Source of the DNA: Okamejei kenojei
Taxonomy: Eukaryota
Reading direction: 5' to 3'
Length of the DNA stretch: 64,000 nt
Assembly (NCBI GenBank): GCA_035221665.1
Contig: CM069150.1
Span: forward strand, 5,952,001-6,016,000
A model generated the notes under the pieces. It searched no databases. It had not been told where the DNA came from and saw only the letters and a list, made by a program, of their open reading frames with translations. Every line of letters starts with the position of its first letter. Position 1 is the first letter of the stretch. The position numbers and the translations under genes are program-made. Shown here piece after piece: positions 63,282-64,000 of the stretch.

Positions 63282-64000
63282 AGGCAAGGCAACTTTAATT
63301 AGGCAAGGCAACTTTAATTAGGCAAGGCAACTATCCCAAAATCTACAGCACGATTGAATGGCGGAGTAGATTTGATGGGCCGAATGGCCTAATTCTGTTC
63401 CTTTCACCTATGACCTTATGACTTAATAACTATCCCAACTTCGTGCTGATCTATCTCTATCTCCTGACCCCATTCATCTGCCTCTTTCCCATAACCCCAG
63501 ACACCCATATTCTGTCCTAATGAATGCAGCTCTGTTCAACTTGCCATATGCATCTTATTTTTGGTACACATTTGAAAGGGTAACTTGAAACTGGATAACT
63601 AAGAATTTTGAGGAATTGCTCATGCAGTACTTTCAAGCATTACGGCATTCTGCAAGAGAATTCAACTCAGGCCTAAACAAGTGTGACAGGAATCAACTAA
63701 GCTAAATTTGGATCAAAGAAATATCTCTCCACACACGTTTTGATTATCCAGGGTAATTAAGCAGATAATAATCATCTGTCCTACAGTATCATCTCTTTGC
63801 ATCTGAACACGGGGTTCAAATGCTTTGCTATCACCTGCCCCATGTAGTTTCTGATCATCACTTCTAATCTCTTCTTTCTAATCCTTATCTCAGTTCTAAT
63901 CCTGTCAACGCCAATCTGTCAAAAATAAGTGCACACTTGTTTTGCATGCCATTTGCTCCACATATTCAAAGATATATTGTCATTCTCAGTACTCTGTCTC

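Overview
Eukaryotic, repeat-dominated DNA, most likely from a cartilaginous fish (skate/ray-like): it carries HE1-type tRNA-derived SINEs with CR1 tails, many CR1 fragments and Penelope-like elements. I see no intact protein-coding gene, rRNA, true tRNA or CRISPR array. Main contents: (1) the 3' half of a degenerate HERO-like RLE retrotransposon. (2) A Harbinger-type MITE (TTA TSD) with a ~4 kb Tx1/L1 element nested inside it. (3) A 7.4 kb minus-strand endogenous retrovirus with a tRNA-Pro PBS, PPT, two LTRs and a decayed gag, but no pol or env that I can recognise, plus a related solo LTR. (4) Two non-autonomous Helitrons, one with an amplified 30-bp minisatellite. (5) L1, Rex/RTE and DNA-transposon remnants. 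(6) About 20 Penelope-derived terminal modules with a minimal hammerhead-ribozyme core (CTGAAGA-A-GGGT-CTCG-ACCC-GAAAC-GTC), many arranged as short TSD-flanked fold-back elements; one has copied neighbouring DNA into its centre. (7) An orphan TDP2-like first exon and a partial second copy, separated by a ~940-bp polypyrimidine tract. Several template-switch rearrangements are also visible. All family assignments are by eye, without database searches, and most boundaries are approximate.
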